From Mobula hypostoma (Eukaryota), in the NCBI RefSeq assembly GCF_963921235.1, contig NC_086097.1:48052001-48116000 (forward strand): DNA of 64,000 nt. The letters are read 5' to 3'. The notes beneath the pieces were generated by a model. That model was not told the origin of the DNA. It saw only the letters and a list, made by a program, of their open reading frames with translations, and did not search any database. A program made the translations under genes and the position numbers. How positions within the stretch are numbered: the first letter of the stretch is position 1; each line of letters starts with the position of its first letter. Shown in pieces: positions 50,615 to 62,689 of the stretch.

Positions 50615-50743
50615 ATGTCTTCCCAACCAACGCCAGGGTCCCCTCCCAGAAAAAGCACAAACTTACTGGAAATCGGCAGCTTTTGCCTGGACTCTGACAT
50701 TATTTTTGGATTCACCAGTCACCTTTTAAGGAGGAAACACAAG
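50615..50743 (+). CDS. KIF26A: Candidate distal first coding exon of KIF26A (MSSQPTPGSPPRKSTNLLEIGSFCLDSDIIFGFTSHLLRRKHK)
   Basis: ATG in CACCATG context, 43 open codons and a strong donor AAG|GTGAGT in phase 0, matching the phase-0 acceptor at 54760. CpG-rich leader. Confidence 0.65.
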
Positions 50744-51089
50744 GTGAGTGTTCTCCAATGTTATGTTGTGACCTATCTTTTTTTTAAAAAACGGCAGGCT
50801 TCGGTTATCTTCATTTAATAAAACTCCATCATTACTAAAATTGTTTAAGTGTGTGCTCTGAAATTATTTATGACTCTCTGCGGGCTCGATGATGTTACAA
50901 TATCGGAAATATTGATAATAACTACGAACCCCTCATCTTTAACCGATACCATCTGAACACTTCAGCTTCCAGATTACAATTCAGTCAGCTTTGCGCCAGA
51001 AGGAACGCCACCCGGGACAGTTCATATTTGTTTGAAAATCTTTGCTCTGTTGCTTCACGGAGTTTGATATGAACTTCTCGGCAATTAAA

Positions 51090-51146
51090 ATGGCCCGAGT
51101 AGACGTGGCAGCGGAGGGTTGTGTTCGCTGTGTACATATTCATCAG
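51090..51146 (+). CDS. Possible additional alternative first exon (MARVDVAAEGCVRCVHIHQ)
   Basis: AAAATGG start and a perfect donor CAG|GTAAGT in phase 0. No homology recognised. Confidence 0.3.
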
Positions 51147-51339
51147 GTAAGTAGCCGCGACTTCAGGTGGCATAGAAACGGGGCTGGGGCACTGGGAATA
51201 AAACAATTGAAATTCCAGATCTGTATTAATTTCATAATGTTCCATTGTTCACGCCATAACAATATCACAAGGAACCATGTGAAGAAAACAGACACCGTGG
51301 GGGGACATCAGGCTTATGGAATTTAATTGTGTAAGAACC

Positions 51340-51910
51340 AAAAAGTGGCGTGTAATGTAGAGGAGGTGTGTGCGGGAGCGCGCCCGGAGCGGGACCGCGA
51401 TCACTGGGTGGAGCGATTTTGTGCACACGCAGCTCCATCACTAAGGCACGTAACAATCCGGTGTGCTGTAGCACGGGGTACAGATGGGTGCGCGCAGAGA
51501 TTAGCGGCGTCGATTGAAAGCGCGTGGACGCAGTGCTGATGCACGTGTGCTGACAGTGCCGGTGGCGCGCAGGGAGAGGAAAGGAGGCGGGAGAGAGGGA
51601 GGGTAGGCGGCAGGTTTGACCCGGGCACAGACATCTGTGGACATTTAATGGGGGGATTTGGGCACTTAAAAGCATCTCGCCCTCGCCCCATCTCACACCC
51701 CAGGGCCACTCTCTGAGAGTCTGGCAACGCGGGGGCGCGCTCAAAGCTGGAGCCGAGCACGCGTCCGCTAATGAGCGCGTTTTCCATGGCATTCAGGACT
51801 GGAGCAGCCCCGGGGAGGCGTTCAGCCCGGAGACCGCCGACAGCGGCAGCCCGGAGCAGCAGGGAGCGCCTGTATGGTCACTTACTGTGCACGGCGGCGT
51901 GGTGCTTCAG
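51340..51910. promoter_or_regulatory. CpG-island-like promoter segment
   Basis: Visibly high GC and dense CpG/GCGC compared with the CpG-depleted flanks. Confidence 0.7.
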
Positions 51911-53092
51911 CCACACAATACAAAATATACCGTTTTGGTTTAACATTGTAAGACCAACTCTGCAGTGTTAATTCGCTACAGTGAGTGCAAAAGCAGTCCC
52001 AGAGAGAGATCTAATGTGGATTTGCTCTGACATGTGAAATCTGGATTTGTGACCGAGTCACAAGTGTATTTATAAATCTGTTGGGCGTTTTGTTACCCTT
52101 CCGCTTTAAGCCGAAGTTTCCCATTAAAGTTAAGATTACGAGTAAAGTTTCTGTATTGTCTGCTTGCATGGGAAGATTCTCTTGTAGCTTTCGCCCCAGC
52201 ACAGAGCTACGTTTGTTTTTCTACTCGCCGGTCTGTGAATTCATTGTAATTTAACAGACGGTCAATGGGGGAATGGTTTCCGTTACACACACCAAATAAT
52301 GCTGCGAGACACACGATGCGGCTAAAATGGTACGTTTTAGAAAGACGTGCGACTTGAAATGAATTCTACACCTATTTTAAGCAGGCGCCTCATAGTTATA
52401 CCATTTTCGTACTGGACACCTGTCCATTCTTTGTCGCTGAGTCCAGTCCCGATGTCAGACTCAACCGTACCCACAAGGCATTCTAATACACGTATCGCTA
52501 TACAGTACTTGACGATTTCCAATCTTCCAGTCTGCTCATTGCAGTCCTTTGAGTGAGAAGTAGAAATTCCACAACTTTTATGTCCCATCAGCGTGTTAAC
52601 TCACAGTTTAGATACAGCAAAGTATGGCCCAGTTCGGTCGGGTGTTGTAGACAGAAAGAGTAGGTTCTTACACTGACATTGAAATATTGAATGGAATCTG
52701 GCATTTGCACGTGTTCATCGGGAATCACCTTTATAGTCTTATACTTTACATCGCTTAGTGAAAGGTTCTGGATAGACGTTTCATAATCAGACTTCTGATG
52801 TTGAAGACGGTCCTTTGCTTTTCTGTCTGGTTTTAAAAGAATACTTCCCCCAATGTTGTAAAATGCTCATGGGCATGTGACCTCAAAGAAGTGCAGTACA
52901 ATTTTGCCAACTCACTCTGTCCTGTAAAGCATTTTCTTAAATTCCAGTTATAGTGTACTGAGTGCCCAATCATTTCCACGCTGACCAAATTCTGACCCAG
53001 TTTTTTCCTTCTCTCTCTACGAATACCAAGCTTATTTGCCGCGAAGCTCGTTGGCCCTCTCTAAGAATTCGGTCCTGTGCGGATCAAAGCTA

Positions 53093-53111
53093 CGGCCAAC
53101 AGGTGGCGCTG
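53093..53111 (+). promoter_or_regulatory. CTCF motif
   Basis: CGGCCAACAGGTGGCGCTG matches the CTCF core CCAnnAGRKGGCRS. Confidence 0.55.
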
Positions 53112-54235
53112 TAACTACAGGAACGACCCCTCTCAGCGCAGGTCGTTACAGGAACAAATAATGAACAATTCTGTAGCCCAGATTAACACAAAAAAATACA
53201 AAATGACAGGTCGAGACTCAAAAGTTTAAGTTGGCTTTCAGTATATTTTAATTGTGGAGAATTTAATATTGTTTTGCATTCTGCAAGATTCTTGGTTGAG
53301 TGGATGAGATCACATAACGCATACAACAAGCATCACTTAGTCAAAAAGTGTTAAATTACCACAAAAAGAATCACACGCACGCACACACAGGCATACAACT
53401 CAGCCCTAGCACAGATTAAACTCAGTGCTATCAAGGTCAAAATGAAGTAAAGCGGCAATTAGAACCCAGGTAGAACTGAATTTACAGCTCTGTTTCGAGT
53501 AGATTGTTCATGTGCATAGTTAAAATTCACCAAAGCGCCACCGCGGGCACTCTCAGGGTATGCCTGTCTGATTGTGGCGATCTGTGGAAGGTTCCGCTTT
53601 GAATAGCAATTGCAGCAGTAAGTGTCAGAGTGGAACAAAACCAGGGTTTGTTGACGCCTTCGCAGGTTCTGAAATGACTTTCTTCAGAGATGTTCGCACT
53701 TTGCTCGAGGACTTGGGTCATACGGACAATTCACGGTTGTTTTATCACTGGAAACAACTACGTGTGAATTCGCCAAGCTTGTCCGTTTGAAAGTTAATAG
53801 TGTCAGTTTAAAGTTATTGCGGGTTTGTGCTATTTGAGCTATTTGTCAGTCACGGGAACTCCTGAGCCGATCAGTGGTTTTCATCAATTTGTGCTCCACC
53901 CACTCCAAGGCACGCTGTCGCTTCCCCGGACCCACACAAACTTGAAACTCAAACTTACTCTTGTCCCCTTTAGGACATGGATGATGGGCGGACGGGGAGG
54001 CCCAAAATGATCAAATGTCGGGTTCAGCTTTTCAGGGGCAATTGAAAAGTCAGTGTAGTTTAGAAACAATTACCCTCCTGATGATGAGAAACTGACTGCA
54101 TTCGGTGCCAGTTGTGCCGTTGAAATGAATTCACACTTTCCAGTGGAGAGACGGGACCTGTCACCGTTGTAGTTTCTCTCTCTTTGGCCGCTACTTAATG
54201 TGTTCCTGAACTAACCGAAAGTGACTTGATTCACA

Positions 54236-54286
54236 ATGCCAGGGAGCAAATCTCACTCGCTGGAGCCGGCGTTTCGCAGACTGCCA
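54236..54286 (+). CDS. KIF26A: Candidate proximal first coding exon of KIF26A (MPGSKSHSLEPAFRRLP)
   Basis: ACAATG start, 17 codons, donor CCA|GTAAGT in phase 0 and a 473-bp intron to exon 2. Resembles the short coding exon 1 and short intron 1 of mammalian KIF26A as I recall them. Confidence 0.55.
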
Positions 54287-54759
54287 GTAAGTATTTCAGG
54301 CTGTGGCCGAGAGTTCCTGTACTTGGTTGTGTGTAAGGTTGAGGAAACGTTTCAGGTAGGTCTGACTTACATCGGGTCTAAATTTGCTGTGTTGCAAGCG
54401 ACACAATGGAAGAGGACATTTAAGTTGTGAGACACAGAATGGGAAAGCATGATTTGCTTTCCGATGCCCCCTAACCTGGAAGATCCCTTACTTTGATGGC
54501 CAACCATTAGCAACACTTTTGTCAGAGTGTATTTAAACTCAGCAATAGGGTCGTTATGAACCAGACTTAACGTATGTTGCCAATGCCGAATGAATGGCTC
54601 CGGTATACCGGCGATAGTTTGAGAGCAGGGTTAACAACATATCAAACTGTTATTCCATTCGGTCGATCTTCAGTTTGTCGTGCATTCCATTGCACAGGTT
54701 AAAGGGGTCCAGCACATCTTACAATGCCTTTCCCTCTGTCTTCTCTGCCCGGTTCATAG

Positions 54760-55008
54760 GTGCTCGATGGATGCCCAAGCAAGGGGACGGCGGTGCCCCA
54801 GGAGTCCGGCCTCAAGAAGAGGTTGCAGGCGGTGGAGGAGGATCACTGTGGCAACCGACCCGCTCCGGAGGGGGCAGGGGCCGTCTCCGGGACGGAGTCA
54901 TGTCCCTTCGAGAAGGAGGAAAAGGGAGCTTGGTGTAAGAACTGCCAAGCCAAGCTGGCAGAGCTCAGAAGACAAGCAATGAAGCTCGTCATTCCCGGGT
55001 CCACCAAG
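54760..55008 (+). CDS. KIF26A: Kinesin-like protein KIF26A, exon 2 (83 codons); the gene continues beyond the window
   Basis: Polypyrimidine tract plus TAG|G acceptor and AAG|GTATGA donor, phase 0/0. KKRL..[32 protein letters not shown] matches human KIF26A RKRL..[32 protein letters not shown]. Confidence 0.92.
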
Positions 55009-58000
55009 GTATGAGTTAATAACTAAATAAAATCAGCCCGCTGGCACTGCTGCCCATCTGCCCAGAACCCCTATCCTTGGCTGTCTCCAACTCTTGGCAT
55101 CTGGCAGTAGCTACAGGATTTGATTTGTTTTACACTGAGATCTCTTGGCGTGCCTCGCCACGCTCCTATTTCTTCTCTGCTCGCAGACCGCAGAGCGGGA
55201 GTTGACGCGTCAGTAGTCGCTCAATATGTGAATCTGACGAGCGGATAGAACAGAGCACTGATAAAGCGCTCAAGAGCAGTCGCAGCGTGGGCGGTGGGAC
55301 CGAGCCACCGGCTGACGTGAGCTGTACGCGCCGGTGGCGCGTTGCAGACGGGAGACCACGGAACTGTCTGACAGCCTCCCCTCGGGGTGAGAAGCAGGCA
55401 TCCATCCCTCAGCAAACAAAACCAAAGCGGCCTCTTACTGCAGGGTCTCGTCTCAACGTCACGAACTCCCCAGTGGGAGAGTCGGGTGACCGTGGCTCGT
55501 TAGGTACACATTAGAGGTGAGGATGGGGTGTCGTGTGGGGATTACCCCGGCAGGACACCGCCGCAAAGGCACTCTGTGAGAGGCGGTCAGGCAAATGCGT
55601 ACTCCTTTGGATTGAAAAGAGGACAATTTCCTGCAATCGATTTTCACTAATTGCGTTGATCTTTCAGTTGGTTGGCGCATGTGACTGAAAATCCAAGAAT
55701 TTGAGACAGGGCGAAAAATGTTTCATTTAGTAGCACAAACTCATTTTGCAGCAATTGAAATAATGTGCTTAAGCGTTTCTTACGTTGAGGAATCAAAGAA
55801 CCCCCACCGTACACTCCCACCCACATACACCATGTGTGTTCTCTAATAGGAAACGAAGTTCCACCCAAGGTTACCCACACAAAAACGATCTTTATTAGAG
55901 GTTCAAACTATTATAATGCCATATTTCAGGGTTTTGATCTGATCTACCCTGAAGGTCTGGTACCAATCTTAAATTTCATTTGTTTTGGCTAAATGTTCTG
56001 TCTACACTTCTGCCATCAACTGTCACAGAAACTTACTTTATTCCATTGTGCAGAATTAGACACCGCTGACTGCTCTACCTGTGCACAATGAACAAATTCT
56101 TCTGAATTATAATCGGGGCATTATCTGTTCATGTCACTGAAGGACGACATTAGTCATGGGAAAGAGCTCATTCTGGGAGGCAGGTGTTCAAAATGAGGAG
56201 ACTCTTCTCTCAAGACCACCTTGTGTGGTCCTTCTTGTTTGGTGGTGGAGCGGAGTAGGGTTGAATGATGCATTTGACCTTTTATTTCCAAGAAAAAAAT
56301 GATCACAGCACAGTTTTCATCTTCATATTGATGTTGATTCTGAAGTAAAGTCCACTGCGGTTGGATATTTTAATCAAACTATTTATAAAGGCAAATGGAT
56401 GTCCTTTGTTGTTTTATGTCTTCAAAATGTGACTGGTTTCTGAAATAAATGGGTAAAATATATTTTTGTCAACTCCTCAGCAATATTGTGTTTTGAAAGT
56501 TAAACAGAAACTCAGCCTAGTTAGACATATGCTCCTTTGAACCAACTGGCTTATTCTCTGAAGTTATACACTTGACTCTGCCCTTTTCTTCAGTTTAGTA
56601 ACCCACAAACAAACTCTTTACTGTTGAAATTCAATACTATACAGGCATATTCAACCTCTCCTTCAAGCCCAGTACCCCTAATATTGTATACTTCAATAAT
56701 GTAGCTATTCCCCCCCCCAAACAAAATAAAGGTTGAATGAATACACTTTGTTTGCCCAAATAATCATAGGATCTTTCAACAATGGCTTTGAAATCATCTT
56801 GTACTTGGATTGGAGTACTCTCTTGTTTTGGTGGATGGATATGTGGTTTGAAGAAATTATGCATTGGGCTGTATGACAAATAACTGAAAAGGCACTATTA
56901 CTATGGCAAGGTTTTCCATTCACTTTCCAACACAAAACAGAACATTGAGGTATGACAAGACATATTCTAGTAGGCAACAAAATATAGTCATTCATTTAAG
57001 GGTATGAGCATGAAGTGATGAAGTATTTTTGAAATTAGGCCGGTCTATAAATATTAAGTGGCTAATGCTTATATCCTCCAGTGAAAAATAAGGATTTTTC
57101 ATTTTCTTACTTTTTGATATTGTACAATTTTCACTTACCCTTTTTCAGTAGACCAGTAATAAAATAGTGATTGGATACAAAGGTTTGTTCCGTGTAGTAG
57201 TTGATGACAAAAACAGATAGGATGCTGGATTATTAGGATGATTACGCAAGGAAACAGTTTACACCCAAAAGTTCAACTTCCAGATCTCCATAGAACAGGA
57301 AGTTAGTAGTATTTTTCCTGTGTATTACTTATATTTATCCACTGATTTATTGCCTTGAACAGAGAGCTAGTAAAATCAGCACATCCGTAATGATTTATTG
57401 ACATTGTCCTTTCAATAAACAAGTTGTTTTCTATTGAACTGATGCAGTTGATATGATTTTGAACGGTTGTAATTGATATGCAAAGACTTGCATAGGTCAG
57501 CTAAATCTTCTGGCAATGATAGTGAAAATCATTTTCATACATCGTAACTGCAAGGAATTCCGATATTTTTTACTTTAGAAAGTGTTACCTGATGAAAAAA
57601 AGTCAAAGATTTGAATGTGAATTTAGTGGCTGGTCAAAACTTCTTGAAAATAGTAAAAATTATAATTATGTGCAATATAGAATTTAAACATAGCTGTGAT
57701 TACAGACCATTTCTTACACTTTTAGTTTTCATTAAAATAATTGAAACAATAATTTATTTATGCTCTGTTTTATAGGCTACACTGTCTCTGCCATGAATTA
57801 GAAATTGATAAAGTGTATGGCTTACAGCAAACATTTTATGACACCATAAACAAAGTTATATAGTTAAAACGCATAAATTCAGAATCAGTTACTTATAGCA
57901 ATGTGGTCACCAAATTTGACTGATAGGAAGATTAGCCAGTTACCTCCACTCTGACTGGCTATCGAACTTAGATCATCTGCATCTTTGAACCTCCAGCTGT

Positions 58001-58149
58001 TTCTGTCAGATTGGTGGGATGGCTGGGTCATGGGTTGTTTTTAATCACTATCAGTATTTTTCTTTAGTCTACAAAGATCAGCTGTAATTTGAGATCATTT
58101 GTAATTTGCATGGATTTTCTCCTTTCCTGAGTTGGAACAATTATGGAGT

Positions 58150-58760
58150 CCTGGAGTAATATAGAAAGAGGCCCTTTGGCCCATTTCAATTATGCTGATT
58201 GTAAAGTGCCATTTCGCCTGTTCGCCTGCCTTTGTCCCATGTATTTCTAAATGTTTCCTGTCCGGGAACCTGTCCATTGTTTTTAAACATGATAAATATA
58301 CCTCCCTCTACCACCTCCACTGGCAGCTTATTTTATATATCCACCACTCACTTCTTTCCCCTCTCATCAAAAACTTGTGCCCTTTAGTTTTAGACTCCCT
58401 TACTGTGGGAAAAAGATTGTGACTACCTAACTTATCTAAGCTCATCATAATTTTATAGTTAAGTTCACCCTTCAACCTCCTTTGCTCCAGAGAAAGCAGT
58501 CCCCAGCCTATCCAGTGTCTCCTCATACCTCAAGTCCTCCAGTCCTGGCAACATCATTGTCAATCCTTTTTTGGTATCCTCTCTAGCTTAATCAGATATA
58601 TGGTGACCAGAAATGCACTGAATATTCCAGGTGTGGTCTCATTAACTCTCTACGTAGCTGTAACAAGATGTCCCAACACCGACACTCAGTGCTGTGTTTG
58701 AGGAATGCAAAACATCTTCTTCACCTCTTTGTCTACTCAAGTTGCCAATTTCAGAGGTTT
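58150..58760 (-). mobile_element. Decayed CR1 3' fragment (intronic)
   Basis: LLSLEQRRLKGEL..KIM in ORF 58308..58526. Confidence 0.8.
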
Positions 58761-59604
58761 ATGTAATCATACCCCGGTCTTTCTTTTCTTCTTCAGTTAG
58801 AAGGGGCATGTTGGACTGTATGGTTTCAATATATAAATATAAGTGCTTCTGGAATTCTGTAAATTATGCCATTTGTAAAATGTGGAAATGTCACTTGTAT
58901 CACTGAATGAAGAGCATGGATCCTCATTGCTGGGCAAGCAACAAGGTTTGGGGGGAGAATGGAAGAAATTCTTAGCAAAAAATATAAAGCTTTTTAAAAT
59001 AGAGGAATTTTCCTGTCGACTGTCCTCGGCACATTTTTGCCTCCCTATCCTTCCTAATGTAAGAGAGCTCCCAGCAAAACTATCATGAGGGAAATGAGGA
59101 GAGTTTAATGGCACTGCTCCTTGTTCTGTTTCGGAAATCTGTTCAGCCAACAGCTACTCTGAGCAGGGTGATAAAACAAAGAGCCATGTCAGCGCCCAAT
59201 GGAATGGAGGCCTACATCACTCTGGTTCAATGCTGACTCAGTGATGCAAACAACATTTTCACATTGTACTTCTGGATTACTTAAAATAATCTTAGAAGTA
59301 CAGGCATTTATGGAACTAAAGGAGACTATTTGTGATTTTGATGAAAATGATAACAATTGTAATCCACTCCTTGGTTCATGGATATAGCCGCATTGAACAT
59401 ACTGATGGGAAAGGTGTAATTGCAGATATGTCACTGAATACTGGGCTGGCTCATGTTCAATCTGGTCTGTTCCTCACGTTCATCACACACTCTAGTCCCA
59501 CAGGCACTCTTTTGACAATCATGGTGCTCTCTGTGCCTGATTCTGAAGTTTTACTTCAGGCCAACATGATGCTCTTTTAAAAACTTACTGACACCAGAGA
59601 CTGC

Positions 59605-59992
59605 AGTAGTAGGCAGCTGTCCATCCCAGGGGATCACGGGTTTGCACTCTGGTGGACTGGGTCCTCTCCAGGGCGCAAGCCTGGGTGGGAAGATTTGAAG
59701 AACTCGTTGTTGCCCATGTAGCGTGTTTCCTCTCTCCACGTCACTGACGTAGTCCAAGGGAAGGGCAAGCGCTGATACAACTTGGCACCAGTGTTGTTGC
59801 AGAGGTTGCCAGAGTGAAGTTGTAAACAACATCAAACTGCCTTAGGGACCCCAATTCCTATTTCTTCCTCGGGGTTTACTCCCCGAGCCTTTCCCATGGG
59901 TGGGTATTTGCCGCAAGACAGCAGAGGTTTAAAATCAGAGTGTTCCTTCTCTGAGGTGGGTCGCAGTTCAAGGCTGATGAGTCCCACCTGCC
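59605..59992 (-). mobile_element. Non-autonomous RTE-derived element
   Basis: Minus-strand head GGCAGGTGGGACTCATCAGCC..GAGAAGGAACACTCTGATTTTAAACCTC..GGGAAAGGCTCGGGGAGTAAACCCCGAGG resembles vertebrate RTE 5' UTRs. Confidence 0.6.
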
Positions 59993-60256
59993 TGAATATT
60001 GCAACTGCCTGAATATTTAAAGATTTATCATATTTCAAATGCATCTAAATAATAAAAAAATGAAAAAACCCTACTTGAGAACACATTTAAATGACAAAAA
60101 TTACTTGAAGCATTCAATAATGTAAAGAGAAGAAAATGAACTAGTTATGTAAGTACATTACATTTGCCATCTATAGCTGGCATATAATTGAGGAGCTGAA
60201 TGCAAAATGTCCATTGACCAGCACAATAGTGCTTAAGCCCTGGTTCATGGGTAGAG

Positions 60257-60442
60257 CAGGAGGTCGGATGCACTGGTATCAAGTGCAGGGGTCAGGAGGC
60301 CGTATGCACTGGCATCAAGTGCAGGGGTCAGGAGGTCGGATGCACTGGTACCAAGTGCAGGGGTCAGGAGGTCAGATGCACTGGCATCAAGTGCAGGGGT
60401 CAGGAGGTCGGCTGCACTGGTATCAAGTGCAAGGATCAGGAG
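60257..60442 (+). repeat. 36-bp minisatellite, about 5.2 units
   Basis: Unit CAGGAGGTCGGATGCACTGGTATCAAGTGCAGGGGT, head-to-tail with no spacers. Confidence 0.97.
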
Positions 60443-62139
60443 CGAGCTGACCTAGTTCAGCCCAATGGTTGTTCACCCTGGATGAGGGAATAACAGCGAA
60501 GAAGCTATTTTTTTCTCTGGGAAATGGCATCCTCCATTTCCTTTTGATTTAATAGTATTTACTTCGGTTGCTACTTGCGGGGTGGGTCAAGCCTGAAAGG
60601 TTCAGCCCCTTTGTTGGCGACGATGCTGGAGAGAGGATGGGTGGGGATTAGATTCTAAAGGGGCATCAATCCTGAGAGATGCAGAAGGACTGATGTGTTT
60701 CCCTACTGGAGTTATCTGGTTGTACAGCTCCTGCCTGCTGACGATCAGCTTCACTTAGTTTTTAAACTGCAAATAGTGAAAGTATGACCAAATCTACACC
60801 CTTCTTGGTCTCTTCAGTATTAAGCACAAAGAATTACGTCTGAGGTCATTTTGGTGCGAGTTATGGGTACTATGCCCTTGCTATGGAGCATTTTGCTGTA
60901 CCTCACATTTGTAGAACAGCTCAACCAACAGGAAAATTATGACAAAAATTAACCATCTATTTAACAGCTCTCATAGACATGGTTTACAATAATTTCCTAA
61001 TTCCTTTACAACAGTTTGGAGATCGCTTGAGGCCTTTTACTTCGAATTTCACGCTGGTGTTCTGCATTTATAAGCTCCAGCAATCTACAACCTTTTGTAT
61101 TGTTCTTGGAACCCTGGTGACCTTTCTTAAAGTTGTTTTTGAATTCAAGTATAAGGTTTCGAAGCCCTGACCTGAAGCAAAACAGGTGGAAGGGAACTTT
61201 TCTGGGTGAAGATGGCCACATGAGAGTGAACCAACGAACACAGTTGAAACAATGAAATATGAGCTCAAACAGTGAAGCAGATGCAAGCCAAAATTGTACC
61301 TTTTCCTAATATTATTTACCCAACAGACATGGTTACACAAAGAAGTATGCATCGGAGGCTTAAGCATATTTGCTTATCTGTGCTGATTATAACCATGTAA
61401 AGTGATTGTGCGGATTTGTACACTGTTCAAAGCATTGTTGAAAATAATGCTTCTTTTATGAGCGAGAAGCTTATTTAGGATTCTTTCAAAAAAGGGGATC
61501 TTTAAATAAGTCGAATTAAACAGTTGTAGTTAAAATTACTGAAGCATCTTCTGTTGATAGCAATCTTTCCTATCGTTAATTGACTTCTTCACTCTATTAG
61601 ACTTAGGAAGTCCTCCAGCAATTTCTCAATGAAGCAATCAGCAATCAGTGTTCAAACTGAAGTATTTTTCAGCAAAATTAGTGGAAACCTTTTTTAAGAT
61701 TGTTATGATTAAAACATTGCACTGAGTCACTAAACAGCATTAACAGTAAAAGGCTCTGTTTACCAGGCAGATTTATGCAAGTCTGTTTACAGATTTATTT
61801 TCACTATGCACTTTAAATAGTAGTTTTCATTTCAACATGCTCTAGTCTTCTCCAGTTTTAATACTTGCTCTACTACATGGCCTGCAGAAAAGAGGTGCGC
61901 TTTGGCAAGGAATAATTGGTTCCCCTTATCTTATATTTACTTTTGTTTTACTGCTCTGTGTTACCACAATTGATACAGTAACCAGGCCACCAGCCAGGAC
62001 GGCTGAAGTGTTAGTTCCTTATCTGCATCCAGTTAGCTAACCACATCTGGAGCTAGCCATTGCTCCAGATGTAAGGCGGGAGAAAAAAGGAAAAACAATT
62101 CACCAAAGATTATTACGAGTACATTGGCAGTGGTAAATA

Positions 62140-62460
62140 AGATTAGAGCAGTCCATATGTGGCAGAAATGGAGCCCTGTTCCCTTTATATTGCTGATCAT
62201 CTGAACTCAATAGTCTCTGTCCCTGCTTTCTCCCCATATCCCACCCTCTTTAGCCTTTAGAACTATAGTGACCTAAATATTTCCTCAATATGTAGAGATT
62301 TGTCGTAACTATTTTCTGTGGCAAAGAATTTCACAGGTTCATCATTCCATAGGTGAAGAAATTATTCCTTTTCTCAATCCTAAATGACTCCTCCATTCCT
62401 TTAGATCCTAATTCTGGACTTCCCTATTATTCAAAACATCCTTCCTGCATGTAATCTCCT
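62140..62460 (-). mobile_element. Old CR1 3' fragment
   Basis: NNFFTYGMMNL*NSLPQK-like text on the - strand. Confidence 0.65.
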
Positions 62461-62689
62461 GCTTTTTGTAAGCAAGACATCCCCTAGGCAATTTTCTGCA
62501 TCCTCGGGGAGATTTTTGTGTTGTCTCTGTACTGGAACACTTGGCTTCAGGCATGACAGGGTCTACAGCACATCTTCAAGCCTATACGGTAGCCTGGATG
62601 TCGTCACGTCTCATTGCCGTTGCTCTGTGCAGTGTTCTTAGCCATTGTTTTAATACCACATGGTGTGAATCAAATTGGTCAAAGATTGC

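Noticed and set aside
59974..59990. Hammerhead core CTGATGAG on the + strand
   Set aside because: No GAAA or stem II/III follows, and it is antisense to the RTE element.
60257..60442. CRISPR array (36-bp palindromic repeats)
   Set aside because: Units are directly adjacent with no unique spacers, there are no cas genes, and the context is eukaryotic.
60214..60450. Repeat-protein CDS
   Set aside because: The ORF arises from the minisatellite, has no ATG at its called start and shows no clear splice context.
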